From: Xanthomonas campestris pv. campestris str. ATCC 33913
Lineage (GTDB): Bacteria > Pseudomonadota > Gammaproteobacteria > Xanthomonadales > Xanthomonadaceae
Direction: 5' to 3'
Length of the DNA stretch: 32,000 nucleotides
NCBI RefSeq assembly: GCF_000007145.1
Contig: NC_003902.1
Span: forward strand, 2,756,497 to 2,788,496
The notes beneath the pieces were generated by a model that was not told where the DNA came from, ran no database searches, and saw nothing but the letters and a program-made list of their open reading frames with translations. Positions 16,141 to 24,789 of the stretch are shown here, one piece after another. The translations under genes were made by a program, and so were the position numbers. The first letter of the stretch is position 1. Every line of letters begins with the position of its first letter.

Positions 16141-17493
16141 ATGCACGACCACCCTTCGAGCGATGCCGCCCACGCGATGCAGACACCGGCGGCGATGGAG
16201 GCGTTCTGGATGCCGTTCACGGCCAACCGGCAGTTCAAGGCGCGCCCGCGCCTGCTGGCCTCGGCTGCAGGCATGTATTACCGCGATGTCGAGGGCCGGC
16301 AGATCCTGGATGGCACCGCGGGGCTGTGGTGCTGCAACGCCGGCCATGCGCGCGAGCGCATCGTCGCGGCGATCCGCGCGCAGGCCGGCACGCTGGATTT
16401 CGCGCCCACCTTCCAGATGGGCTCACCGCTGCCGTTCGCCCTGGCCGAACGGCTGGCCGCGTTGGCGCCGCCAGGCCTGGGCCATGTGTTCTTCACCAAC
16501 TCCGGCTCGGAAGCCGTGGATAGCGCGATGAAGATCGTGCTGGCCTATCACCGCTTGCGCGGCGAGGGCCAGCGCACCCGTTTCATCGGCCGCGAGAAGG
16601 CCTACCACGGGGTGGGCTTCGGCGGGATGTCGATCGGCGGGCTGCCCAATAACCGTAAATGGTTCGGCCCGCTGCTGGCCGGCACCGATCATCTACGGCA
16701 CACGCTGGATCTGCAGCGCAATGCGTATTCGCGGGGACTGCCCGCCTTCGGTGTGGAGCTAGCCGACGACCTGGAACGGCTGATCACCCTGCACGACGCC
16801 TCCACCATCGCCGCAGTGTTCGTCGAACCGGTGTCCGGCTCGGCCGGGGTGATCCTGCCGCCGGAGGGCTATCTGCAGCGCCTGCGCGCCATCTGCGACC
16901 GCCACGGCATCGTGCTGGTGTTCGACGAGGTGATCACCGGCTTCGGGCGCGTGGGCGAGGCGTTCGCCGCGCAGCGCTTCGGGGTGACCCCGGACCTGAT
17001 CACCGCCGCCAAGGGCCTGACCAGCGGCACGGTGCCGATGGGCGCGGTGCTGGTGGCCGATGCGATCCACGATGCCTTCATGCATGGGCCGCAGGCGGCG
17101 ATCGAGCTGTTCCATGGCTACACCTATTCCGGACATCCGCTGGCCTGCGCCGCAGCCCTGGCCACGCTGGACACCTACGCCGAAGAACAGCTGTTCACGC
17201 GGGCAATTACGCTGGGGCCGCAGTGGGAGGAGGCGTTGCACAGCCTGCGCGGACTGCCGCACGTCATCGACATCCGCAACATCGGCTTGATCGGTGCGAT
17301 CGAACTGGCGCCGCGCGAGGGTGCCCCGGGGGCGCGCGGTTACGAGGTGTTCGAACGCTGCTTCCACGAGGGCGGCCTGCTGGTGCGTGTCACCGGCGAT
17401 GTCATTGCGTTGTCGCCGCCGTTGATCGTCACCCCCGACCAGATCGGACAAATGGTGGAGACGCTGGCCGCGATCCTGCGCAAGGTGGACTAA
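16141..17493 (+). CDS. Class-III aminotransferase, omega-amino acid / beta-alanine:pyruvate transaminase type (BauA/OapT-like).
   Basis: 450 aa. Motifs present: FWMPFTANRQFK, LWCCNAGH, FFTNSGSEAVDSA, VFVEPVSGSAGVI, LVFDEVITGFGRVG, AAKGLTSGTVPMGA, HGYTYSGHPLACAA. Confidence 0.9.
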   Translation: MHDHPSSDAAHAMQTPAAMEAFWMPFTANRQFKARPRLLASAAGMYYRDVEGRQILDGTAGLWCCNAGHARERIVAAIRAQAGTLDFAPTFQMGSPLPFALAERLAALAPPGLGHVFFTNSGSEAVDSAMKIVLAYHRLRGEGQRTRFIGREKAYHGVGFGGMSIGGLPNNRKWFGPLLAGTDHLRHTLDLQRNAYSRGLPAFGVELADDLERLITLHDASTIAAVFVEPVSGSAGVILPPEGYLQRLRAICDRHGIVLVFDEVITGFGRVGEAFAAQRFGVTPDLITAAKGLTSGTVPMGAVLVADAIHDAFMHGPQAAIELFHGYTYSGHPLACAAALATLDTYAEEQLFTRAITLGPQWEEALHSLRGLPHVIDIRNIGLIGAIELAPREGAPGARGYEVFERCFHEGGLLVRVTGDVIALSPPLIVTPDQIGQMVETLAAILRKVD

Positions 17494-17504
17494 AGGCCTT
17501 GCAG

Positions 17505-17522
17505 TGCGAGCGGCCGCTCGCA
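17505..17522 (+). terminator. Possible weak intrinsic terminator hairpin after the aminotransferase gene.
   Basis: tgcgagcg / cgctcgca is an 8-bp inverted repeat centred on ggcc, starting 12 nt after the stop. It is followed only by ttgg, a poor U-tract. Confidence 0.3.
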
Positions 17523-17743
17523 TTGGCGTGCCGACGCGCTGGCTGGCCAGTGTGTCACCGGGCCGCGCCATGGCCGGCTGCCCTGCCCGCCACACGGCGC
17601 CCCGTGCCGCTGCGCCCCTTACTGCGACTAATAAAGACCCGGCATCAGGCGCCCGCGTGTCATGCCAACGGGCGCCACGTCAAGCGCGCAAAGCCGGGGC
17701 AGGCTCACTACAATGCCGGCCCCGCTCCTCGCGCAGTTGCCGC

Positions 17744-18598
17744 ATGAACATCGTTGTCAAAGAAGAACTCAAGGCCTACATCGACCCGCTGACGCCCGAC
17801 GAGCACGAGGCGCTGGAGCGCAGCCTGCTGGCCGAAGGCTGCCGCGATGCGCTGGTGCTCTGGGGCGAGGTGCTGGTGGATGGGCACAACCGCTACGGCA
17901 TCTGCCAGAAGCACGGTTTGCCGTTCCAGACTGTGCAGAATCCGCACTTCCAGTCGATGCAGGACGTGCATCTATGGATGATCGAGCAGCACCTGGGCCG
18001 GCGCAGCGTGTCGGACTTCCAGCGCGGCGTGCTGGCGCTGCGCAAGCGCGAGATCCTGGCGGCCCGCCAGCGCAGCCAGCGCGATGCCGATGCCGCCGGC
18101 AGCCCCCCGGAGGCAAGCGATGCCGAGCTGAGCGTCGATACCTCCGACGCCGCAGCGCGCCCGGCCGAAGCGCTGGACAGCCCGCCGTGGGAGGAGACCT
18201 CCACGCCAGTCAGCCGCGCCGAGCTGGCACGCGAAGCACGCCTGAGCAGCAACCAGGTGACCATGATCGAGCGCATCCACAAGCAGGCCGCGCCGGAAGT
18301 GGTGCAGGCGGTCAGGGCCGGTGAGATTTCGATCAGCGCCGCCGCCGCGGTGGCCACCTTGTCCGAAGACGAGCAGCGCGCCGCCGCCCAGGCCGGCAAG
18401 GCCGAGCTGAAGCAGGCCGCCAAGCGGGTGCGCGACGCCAAGCGCAAGCCCAAGCCGGACGAGGCCGAAGGCGGCGAAGCCGAACGCCGCGACGTCAAGG
18501 CGTTGCAACGGCGCGTCACCGAACTGGAAAACGAGAACGCCGCCCTGCAGACCAAGGTCGCCGCGCTGCAGGCGCAGCTGGAGCGGCTGCGCGGCTGA
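17744..18598 (+). CDS. ParB/Srx-fold (ParB N-terminal domain) protein with an HTH-like middle region and a C-terminal coiled coil; no ParA partner is present.
   Basis: Track ORF 17504..18598. The codons upstream of the ATG at 17744 have low third-position GC, so I start at MNIVVKEELKAYIDPL. Features, N- to C-terminal:
- ParB-N-type motif VLVDGHNRYGIC (DGHNR at 17879-17893), followed by HLGRRSVSDFQRGVLAL, which is typical of phage/plasmid ParB-like proteins.
- An acidic low-complexity linker.
- A ParB-HTH-like segment, LSSNQVTMIERIHKQAAPEVVQAVRAGEISISAAAAVA.
- A basic stretch, then a heptad-like tail, LQRRVTELENENAALQTKVAALQAQLERL. Confidence 0.7.
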   Translation: MNIVVKEELKAYIDPLTPDEHEALERSLLAEGCRDALVLWGEVLVDGHNRYGICQKHGLPFQTVQNPHFQSMQDVHLWMIEQHLGRRSVSDFQRGVLALRKREILAARQRSQRDADAAGSPPEASDAELSVDTSDAAARPAEALDSPPWEETSTPVSRAELAREARLSSNQVTMIERIHKQAAPEVVQAVRAGEISISAAAAVATLSEDEQRAAAQAGKAELKQAAKRVRDAKRKPKPDEAEGGEAERRDVKALQRRVTELENENAALQTKVAALQAQLERLRG

Positions 18599-18626
18599 GG
18601 CCGTGGTGGCAGGTCTCCGGCCTCCC

Positions 18627-19147
18627 GTAGGAGCGCCCTTTGGCGCGAGGGCATTCCCGGTAAGGCCCCATCGCGCCCAAGGGCGCTCCTACGTAAGTCA
18701 CGCGTGCTATGAGAGAACGTAGTGCCCGTGTTGCACGCGCTGGTGGAGCACCTGCAGCTCAGCTGCGCGAGCGCTTAAAACACCGCAATCCCGTAGGAGC
18801 GCCCTCGGGCGCGAGGGCATGCCCGGTAACGCCTCTCGCGCCCAAGGGCGCTCCTACGTAAATCACGCGTGCTCTGAGAGAACGTAGTGCCTGTGTTGCA
18901 CGCACTGTTGGAGCACCTGCAGCTCAGCTGCGCGAGCGCGCAAGGCTCCGCAATCCCGTAGGAGCGCCCTTGGGCGCGAGGGCATTCCCGGTAACGCCTC
19001 TCGCGCCCAAGGGCGCTCCTACCTCGGTACGGGGGCTTTGAGAGACCGAGGTCGCTCACGCCGCTGAACGCGCGACCACACGGTAGGAGCGCACCCGGGC
19101 GCGACCGGCTTTGCAGGCAATGCTCTCGCGCCCGGGTGCGCCTCTAC
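18627..19147. repeat. Tandem array of a composite unit with a 165-166 bp period, carrying REP-like palindrome pairs (family R2, plus one R3 variant).
   Basis: REPs of the form gtaggagcgccc(t/-)t(t/c/g)gggcgcgag...ctcgcgcccaagggcgctcctac lie at 18627-18692, 18793-18857 and 18958-19022. The ~100-bp spacers are conserved (gt(a)a(g/a)tcacgcgtgct(a/c)tgagagaacgtagtgcc(c/t)gtgttgcacgc...gagcacctgcagctcagctgcgcgagcgc). A fourth, variant REP, gtaggagcgcacccgggcgcgac...ctcgcgcccgggtgcgcctctac, lies at 19083-19147. The array begins 29 bp after the ParB-like stop. Confidence 0.88.
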
Positions 19148-19201
19148 CGCCGCCACACAGCGTGGACATGCCCTCGCATCCCGACTCGGTACACTTCGCG
19201 G

Positions 19202-20506
19202 ATGGAACCACGCGTCAGCGACACCCGTCCGATCGATCCCCGCCGCGCACAGCTGCAGCGCATGAAACTGCTGGCAGTGGCCCTGTTGTTGGCTATGTTC
19301 GCCGGCTTCGTCGTCAGCCACCTGATGGGCGAACACGGCATCTGGGCCTGGGTGTCGGCATTCTGCGAAGCCGCCACCGTCGGCGCGCTTGCCGACTGGT
19401 TCGCGGTGGTGGCCCTGTTCCGCCGCCCGATGGGCTTGCCGATTCCGCATACCGCGATCCTGCCGCGCGGCAAGGAGCGGCTGGCCGATGGGCTGGCCGG
19501 CTTCGTGCGCGATCAGTTCCTGGCACCGGACGCGCTGATGGAAAAGCTGCGCGTGTTCGACCCGGCCAGTCGCCTGGGCGAATGGCTGTCCAAGCCGGAA
19601 CAGGCGCGCATGCTGGCGCAGATGGCGCGCGGCTGGCTGCTGCAGGCCCTGAACCTGCTGGATGAAGAAGCCGTCCGCCGCGCGATCCAGCGCTTCGTGG
19701 TCGACCGCCTGCGCAAATGGAATGCCGCCGCCACCGCCGGCGATGTGATGGCCTTGCTCACCACCGATGGCCGCCACCAGAAGTTGCTCGATGAAGTGCT
19801 GCTGCGGCTGGGCCAGTGGCTGGACGAAGAGAAGGTGAAGACCCGCACGTCGGCACTGATCGTGCGCTACGCACGCCGCGAGTGGCCCAAGCTGGTGGGC
19901 ACGGTGAACTGGGTCAAGCCGATCGAAGAGATCGGCGACAGCCTGGCCGACCGCATGGCGCGCGCAGCGATCGACGAACTGCAGGACATCCTCACCACGC
20001 CCGAGCATCCAATCAGGCTCGACTATGAGGCGTGGCTGCAAACCTACATCGCCCGCCTGCGCGAGGAGCCGGAAATGGCCGCGCGCGTGGAAGAACTCAA
20101 GCAACGCGCGATCGAGCACCCTGCCCTGCAGGAATACGTGCAAGGCCTGTGGAGCGAGATACGCGAAGCCCTGCGCAATGATCTGGCGAAGGAAGATTCG
20201 TCGATGGCCGCGCACATGGAGCGCTCGATGCAGTCGCTCGGCCAGTCGCTGTCACAAGACCCATCGCTGCGCGACGCACTCAACGTGCACATGCTCGATG
20301 CAGCCGACAAACTCACCACACGCCTGCGTGCATCGGTCACCGAGCACATCGCATCGACGATGAAAAGTTGGGACGAACGTCACCTCGTCGAACAATTGGA
20401 ATTGGGGGTCGGCCGCGATCTGCAATACATTCGCTTCAACGGAACGTTGGTGGGTGGATTGATCGGACTTGCGCTGCACGCCTTGTCGATCTGGCTGTCG
20501 TTCTGA
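19202..20506 (+). CDS. DUF445 (YjiN-like) membrane-associated protein of unknown function.
   Basis: ORF 19136..20506. The first listed ATG lies inside the REP element, so I start at the ATG at 19202 (MEPRVSDTRPID). DUF445-type blocks present: an N-terminal TM followed by AATVGALADWFAVVALFRRPMGLPIPHTAILPR, and a C-terminal LQYIRFNGTLVGGLIGL plus a TM. Confidence 0.7.
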   Translation: MEPRVSDTRPIDPRRAQLQRMKLLAVALLLAMFAGFVVSHLMGEHGIWAWVSAFCEAATVGALADWFAVVALFRRPMGLPIPHTAILPRGKERLADGLAGFVRDQFLAPDALMEKLRVFDPASRLGEWLSKPEQARMLAQMARGWLLQALNLLDEEAVRRAIQRFVVDRLRKWNAAATAGDVMALLTTDGRHQKLLDEVLLRLGQWLDEEKVKTRTSALIVRYARREWPKLVGTVNWVKPIEEIGDSLADRMARAAIDELQDILTTPEHPIRLDYEAWLQTYIARLREEPEMAARVEELKQRAIEHPALQEYVQGLWSEIREALRNDLAKEDSSMAAHMERSMQSLGQSLSQDPSLRDALNVHMLDAADKLTTRLRASVTEHIASTMKSWDERHLVEQLELGVGRDLQYIRFNGTLVGGLIGLALHALSIWLSF

Positions 20507-20661
20507 TGCTGCAACCGCAGCGGTGATCATCACGCACGTGAATGCACTAGCCGGGTGGTGGCCGTGTGTGGTTTGCTGCGATACGTTGCGTCACACCGAA
20601 AGGCCGGCATCGCGTCGACCGCGGTAGGACGCAAGGCAACAGGCAAGGCAAAGGAAGAAGC

Positions 20662-23600
20662 ATGCCGCACGGCCGCTGGGATTTGCGCAGGAAATACGGA
20701 CGCCGTGCCTCCATCGGCGCCGTCCTGCTGCTGAGCGCAGGCCTGATCGCCGCATTCCTGGTCGGCTTCGCGGTGCATCGGCATAACGAGCTGGAGCGTG
20801 AGCGGCGCTTCGATATGGTGGTGCGGGTACTGGCGCGCAACATCAGCGAGCGCATGTACACCTTCGAGCATGGCCTGCGCGGCGCGCGCGGTGCGGTAAT
20901 CGGTGCCGGCAGCGATGTGATCAGTCGAGACCGCTTCACCCGTTACAGCCGCTCGCGCGATTACCCACGCGAATTTCCAGGCGTGCTCGGCTACGGCTAC
21001 ATCCATCGCGTTGCCGCCGCAGATGAAGCGGCCTTCCTGGATGCCGCACGCGCTGACGGTGCGCCCGATATTCAGCGCAGGCTGCTGGCGCCGTGGGATG
21101 GCGAGCGCTTCATCGTGCTGTATTTCGAACCGGAGTCATCCGGTAACCGCCCGCTAGGGTTGGATGTTGCGTCCGAGCCACGCCGGCGGATCGCAGCGAT
21201 CGCAGCCGCGCGCAGCGGCCAGCCGACCATGACCTCGCCGGTCTCGCTGTCGGGCTACCAGACTCCCAGCGAAGGCGGCTTTTTGGTGTTGCTGCCGGTC
21301 TACCGCGAAGGCATGCCACTGCAGACACCGCAGCAGCGCATGGACGCGACCACCGGCTGGGCGTACGCGCCACTCAGCGTCAAACAGATGCTGGAGAGCA
21401 CCCTGGGCGACCGCGATGATGTTGCGATTAGCCTGAGTGATCGCGAGGACACCCAGCACACCTTCTACCGGAGCGGCATTGCCGCGCCAGAAAGCATGCG
21501 CCGCGCTGCACACACCCAGCTGCTGCCAATCTATGGCCGCACCTGGGTGCTTACCGCGCGGCCCACGCTGCACTTCATCGGCTCACTCAACCAGAACTCG
21601 CCGTGGCTGATGGGCAGCCTGGTCCTGGGCACCGCCATTCTGCTGGCCGCGCTGCTCGGGCTGTATTTCAGTAACGGCCTGCGTCGCGAAGAGGTGCTGC
21701 GCAAGCAGATGGAACTGGCCGCCCTGGTCAGCCATTCCAGCGAAGCGATCGTGGCCGAAACACCAGACGGTGAAATCACGCACTGGAATCCGGCAGCCGA
21801 GGCCATGTTCGGTTATCCGGCCGATGTGGCGATCGGCCAGGACCTGACCACGCTGTTGTCGCCGCAACCCTATGCCATGCCGCAGATCGACCAGGACGAG
21901 GCACCGCCGGTCGCAGCCCTCTCCGCCGCGCAGACCATGCGCCACCGCGACGGGCATCAGGTGTTCGTGCTGGCGAGCAAGGCGCCGATCATCGAGCACG
22001 ACAATGCGGTCAGCGGCCACTCGCATTTCTTCCGCGACATTTCCGAGCGTGTGCGCTCGCATCAGCGCATTGTCGATCTCAACGCCTCGCTCGAGCATCA
22101 GGTGGCCGAACGCACCAGCGAGCTGGTGCAGTTCTCGGTGCTGCAACGCGCGATCCTGGCGCACGCCGGTTACGCCATCATCGCCACCGATTCCAGCGGC
22201 TTTGTCACCATGTTCAATCCAGCCGCAGAAAAACTGCTTGGCTACAGCGCCGACGATGTGATCGGCCGGCGCAAGGCCAGCCAGTTCATCGAAGCGGACG
22301 AACTGCAGGAGCGCGCACTGCGGCTGGCCGAACAGACCGGCACGCCGGTCGCCGGCACGCTGGAAGCGGTCGCTGCGCTCACCAGCCTCGGCCGCAGCGA
22401 CACCAGCGAATGGACCTATGTCAGCCAGGACGGCCGTCGCCTGCCAGTGCTGCTGACCTTGAGCACGTTGCGCGACGACAACGACCAGGTGATCGGGTAC
22501 CTGGGCGTGGCGGTGGATCTCACCGAGCAGAAACTGCACGAAAAACAGCTGCGCTTGGCAATGGACGCGGCCAGAAGCGCCAACCAGTCCAAGTCGGATT
22601 TCCTGGCCAACATGAGCCATGAAATCCGCACGCCGATGAACGCCATCCTGGGCATGCTGTACCTGCTCCAGCGCAGCGAGTTGCCGGGCGCCGCGCAGGA
22701 CATGGTGACCAAGATCGACCGCTCGGCACGGTCGCTGCTGGAGATCATCAACGACATCCTGGACTTCTCCAAGATCGAGGCCGGGCGCATCGATCTGGAG
22801 CGCGCACCGTTCGACCTCAATCAATTGTTCGACAACATCGCCGACCTGATGCGCTCCTCGCTCAGCGCCAAGCCGGTGGAGATGATCGTCGAGCCGTTGC
22901 CGCGCGAATGCCGCTGGCTGCTCGGCGATGCGCTGCGCATCAACCAGGTGCTGGTCAACCTGGTCGGCAATGCGATCAAGTTCACCGAACAAGGCGAAGT
23001 GGTGTTGTCGGTGCGCCGCTTTCCCAGTGGCGACCCCAACAAGATCAAGCTGCTGTTCTCGGTACGCGACACCGGCATCGGCATCTCAAAGGAAAAGCAG
23101 AGCCTGATCTTCTCGCCGTTCCTGCAGGCAGATACCTCCACCAGCCGCCGCTACGGCGGCAGCGGGCTGGGTCTCACCATCAGCCGGCGCTTGATCGAAC
23201 TGATGGGCGGCGCGCTGGAAGTGGAAAGCGTGCCCGGGCGTGGCAGCGAGTTCTATTTCGTCATCACGTTGGAAAGAACCGACCCGCCCAAGGCCCAGCA
23301 GGAAGCGGCGCTACTGCCGCCCGAATCCATGCCGCGCGTGCTGATTGCCGACGACCACGATGCGGCCTTGAACAACCTGGTGCGGATCGCTACCGAGCTG
23401 GGCTGGCGGGTGGATGCGGTGGCCAGCGGCCAGGCCGCGATGCAAGCGATCGAAGACGCCACCGAACCGTACGACATCTTCCTGCTGGACTGGCGCATGC
23501 CCGACATCGACGGCGTGGCAATCGCGCGCCAGGTGCGTGCCCGCGCCACACCGGGCCGGCATCCGGTGATCGTGATGGTCACCGCCTACGAACGCCGGCT

Positions 23601-24756
23601 GCTGGAGCAACACCCCGAGCAGCAGGACCTGGATGCGGTGATGACCAAGCCGGTGACCAGCGCTGCGCTGCATCGGCTGGTGGAACAATTGGTCGACGAG
23701 CGCCCCAACGCACGCCCAGCGACGCCAACCTTCGTCGCGCGCCGGCTGGAAGGCGCGCAGCTGCTGCTGGTGGACGACAGCGAGATCAACTGTGAAGTGG
23801 CACAGCGCATCCTCGAAGGCGAAGGCGCCATGGTCACCGTGGCCCACGACGGCGAGCAGGCGGTGAACACGCTCAAGCGCGCGCCGGACCTGTTCCACCT
23901 GGTGCTGATGGATGTGCAGATGCCGGTGGTGGATGGCTACGAGGCCACCCGCCGCCTGCGCCAGATTCCGTCGCTGGCCAGCCTGCCGGTGATCGCGCTG
24001 ACCGCCGGTGCCTTCCGACCGCAGCAGGAAAAAGCGCTGGAAGCAGGCATGAACGGTTTCATCGCCAAGCCCTTCAACGTGGAGGAACTGGTCACCGCAA
24101 TCCGGCACTTCCTGCAGCCCGGCAGCCGGCGGGTATCCTCGCTGCCGCACGAACGCGCGCCGGCCGCAGGCCCGGAGTGGGCGCACACCGATCCGCTGCT
24201 GCTGGATGCCGCACGCGCGCAAAGCCTGTGGCGCGAGCGTGAGCCGTACGAGCGCTACCTGCTCAAGTTGCTGCGCGACAACCCCGACCCGGCCGAGACC
24301 GCCGCCGCGCATCTGCGCAACAACGAGCTGCCGGCGATTGGCGCACTGGCACACAAGCTGCGCGGCGCCGCCGGTTCGCTGGCCCTGCCCGCCCTGGCCG
24401 GCGCGTCGGGCGATCTGGAATCGCGTGTGGAACAGGGCCATGACCTGACCGCCGCATTGCTCGCGCTCAAGGACACCATGGCGCAGACCACCGCGGCCAT
24501 CCACGCCTTCCTGCAGACCAGCCCCAGCACGCAAGACACCGGGCAAACCGGTGCCGCTTTGGACGACGACAGCGCGCTGATCCTGGAAAACGCGCTGCGC
24601 AGCGACGATGCCGACAAGATCGACCACGCGCTGCTGATCTGTGCCCCACGTCTGCCACCGCCGTTGCAGGAAGACCTGCAGCGCGCCGTGGACGACTTCG
24701 ATTTCCGCCGCGCCGAAGCCACCCTGCGCGATTGGCAAGCCAACCACCCACGCTGA
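20662..24756 (+). CDS. Hybrid sensor histidine kinase: TM, periplasmic CHASE, TM, PAS, PAS, HisKA, HATPase_c, REC, REC, HPt. Candidate ortholog of the Xanthomonas cytokinin receptor kinase PcrK.
   Basis: ORF 20566..24756. The start is likely the ATG at 20662 (MPHGRWDL), preceded by aaggaagaag. Domains, N- to C-terminal:
- TM1 at about 20710-20775.
- CHASE-like periplasmic region at about 20818-21570 (FPGVLGYGYIHRV...FIVLYFEP...NRPLGLDVASEPRR...GFLVLLPVY).
- TM2 at about 21601-21672.
- Two PAS domains (EAIVAETPDGEITHWNPAAEAMFGY; YAIIATDSSGFVTMFNPAAEKLLGY).
- H-box SHEIRTPMN, with the His at 22618.
- N/G boxes VNLVGNAIKF, DTGIGI, GGSGLGL.
- REC acceptors LLDWRMPD (D at 23488) and LMDVQMP (D at 23911).
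- HPt motif AHKLRGAAGSL (H at 24352). Confidence 0.92.
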   Translation: MPHGRWDLRRKYGRRASIGAVLLLSAGLIAAFLVGFAVHRHNELERERRFDMVVRVLARNISERMYTFEHGLRGARGAVIGAGSDVISRDRFTRYSRSRDYPREFPGVLGYGYIHRVAAADEAAFLDAARADGAPDIQRRLLAPWDGERFIVLYFEPESSGNRPLGLDVASEPRRRIAAIAAARSGQPTMTSPVSLSGYQTPSEGGFLVLLPVYREGMPLQTPQQRMDATTGWAYAPLSVKQMLESTLGDRDDVAISLSDREDTQHTFYRSGIAAPESMRRAAHTQLLPIYGRTWVLTARPTLHFIGSLNQNSPWLMGSLVLGTAILLAALLGLYFSNGLRREEVLRKQMELAALVSHSSEAIVAETPDGEITHWNPAAEAMFGYPADVAIGQDLTTLLSPQPYAMPQIDQDEAPPVAALSAAQTMRHRDGHQVFVLASKAPIIEHDNAVSGHSHFFRDISERVRSHQRIVDLNASLEHQVAERTSELVQFSVLQRAILAHAGYAIIATDSSGFVTMFNPAAEKLLGYSADDVIGRRKASQFIEADELQERALRLAEQTGTPVAGTLEAVAALTSLGRSDTSEWTYVSQDGRRLPVLLTLSTLRDDNDQVIGYLGVAVDLTEQKLHEKQLRLAMDAARSANQSKSDFLANMSHEIRTPMNAILGMLYLLQRSELPGAAQDMVTKIDRSARSLLEIINDILDFSKIEAGRIDLERAPFDLNQLFDNIADLMRSSLSAKPVEMIVEPLPRECRWLLGDALRINQVLVNLVGNAIKFTEQGEVVLSVRRFPSGDPNKIKLLFSVRDTGIGISKEKQSLIFSPFLQADTSTSRRYGGSGLGLTISRRLIELMGGALEVESVPGRGSEFYFVITLERTDPPKAQQEAALLPPESMPRVLIADDHDAALNNLVRIATELGWRVDAVASGQAAMQAIEDATEPYDIFLLDWRMPDIDGVAIARQVRARATPGRHPVIVMVTAYERRLLEQHPEQQDLDAVMTKPVTSAALHRLVEQLVDERPNARPATPTFVARRLEGAQLLLVDDSEINCEVAQRILEGEGAMVTVAHDGEQAVNTLKRAPDLFHLVLMDVQMPVVDGYEATRRLRQIPSLASLPVIALTAGAFRPQQEKALEAGMNGFIAKPFNVEELVTAIRHFLQPGSRRVSSLPHERAPAAGPEWAHTDPLLLDAARAQSLWREREPYERYLLKLLRDNPDPAETAAAHLRNNELPAIGALAHKLRGAAGSLALPALAGASGDLESRVEQGHDLTAALLALKDTMAQTTAAIHAFLQTSPSTQDTGQTGAALDDDSALILENALRSDDADKIDHALLICAPRLPPPLQEDLQRAVDDFDFRRAEATLRDWQANHPR

Positions 24757-24789
24757 CCGTGTCCCCGTACCGGTTCGCAAGGATTCCGC

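Noticed and set aside
17700-17720. A TACAAT -10-like hexamer (about 17709-17714) upstream of the ParB-like gene, considered as a promoter.
   Set aside because: There is no acceptable -35 element at 16-19 bp spacing, and a single hexamer is not sufficient evidence.
17494-19201. The idea that the ParB-like gene plus its flanking repeats is a small genomic island, prophage remnant or defence locus.
   Set aside because: There is no integrase, tRNA, direct-repeat att sites, or partner genes (ParA, methylase, nuclease). Codon usage looks native. The REP arrays also occur at an unrelated locus in the window. It is kept only as an orphan-gene curiosity.
20508-20521. A hairpin, gctgc-aacc-gcagc, right after the DUF445 stop, considered as a terminator.
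   Set aside because: The stem is only 5 bp and has no U-tract, which is too weak to call.
20631-20660. The purine-rich gcaaggcaacaggcaaggcaaaggaagaag just upstream of the kinase start resembles the minus-strand reading of the 1009-1068 tandem repeat (caaggcaaagcagggcaagg).
   Set aside because: The similarity is short and of low complexity. It is adequately explained as an extended Shine-Dalgarno/purine-rich leader, and there is no evidence of a shared element.
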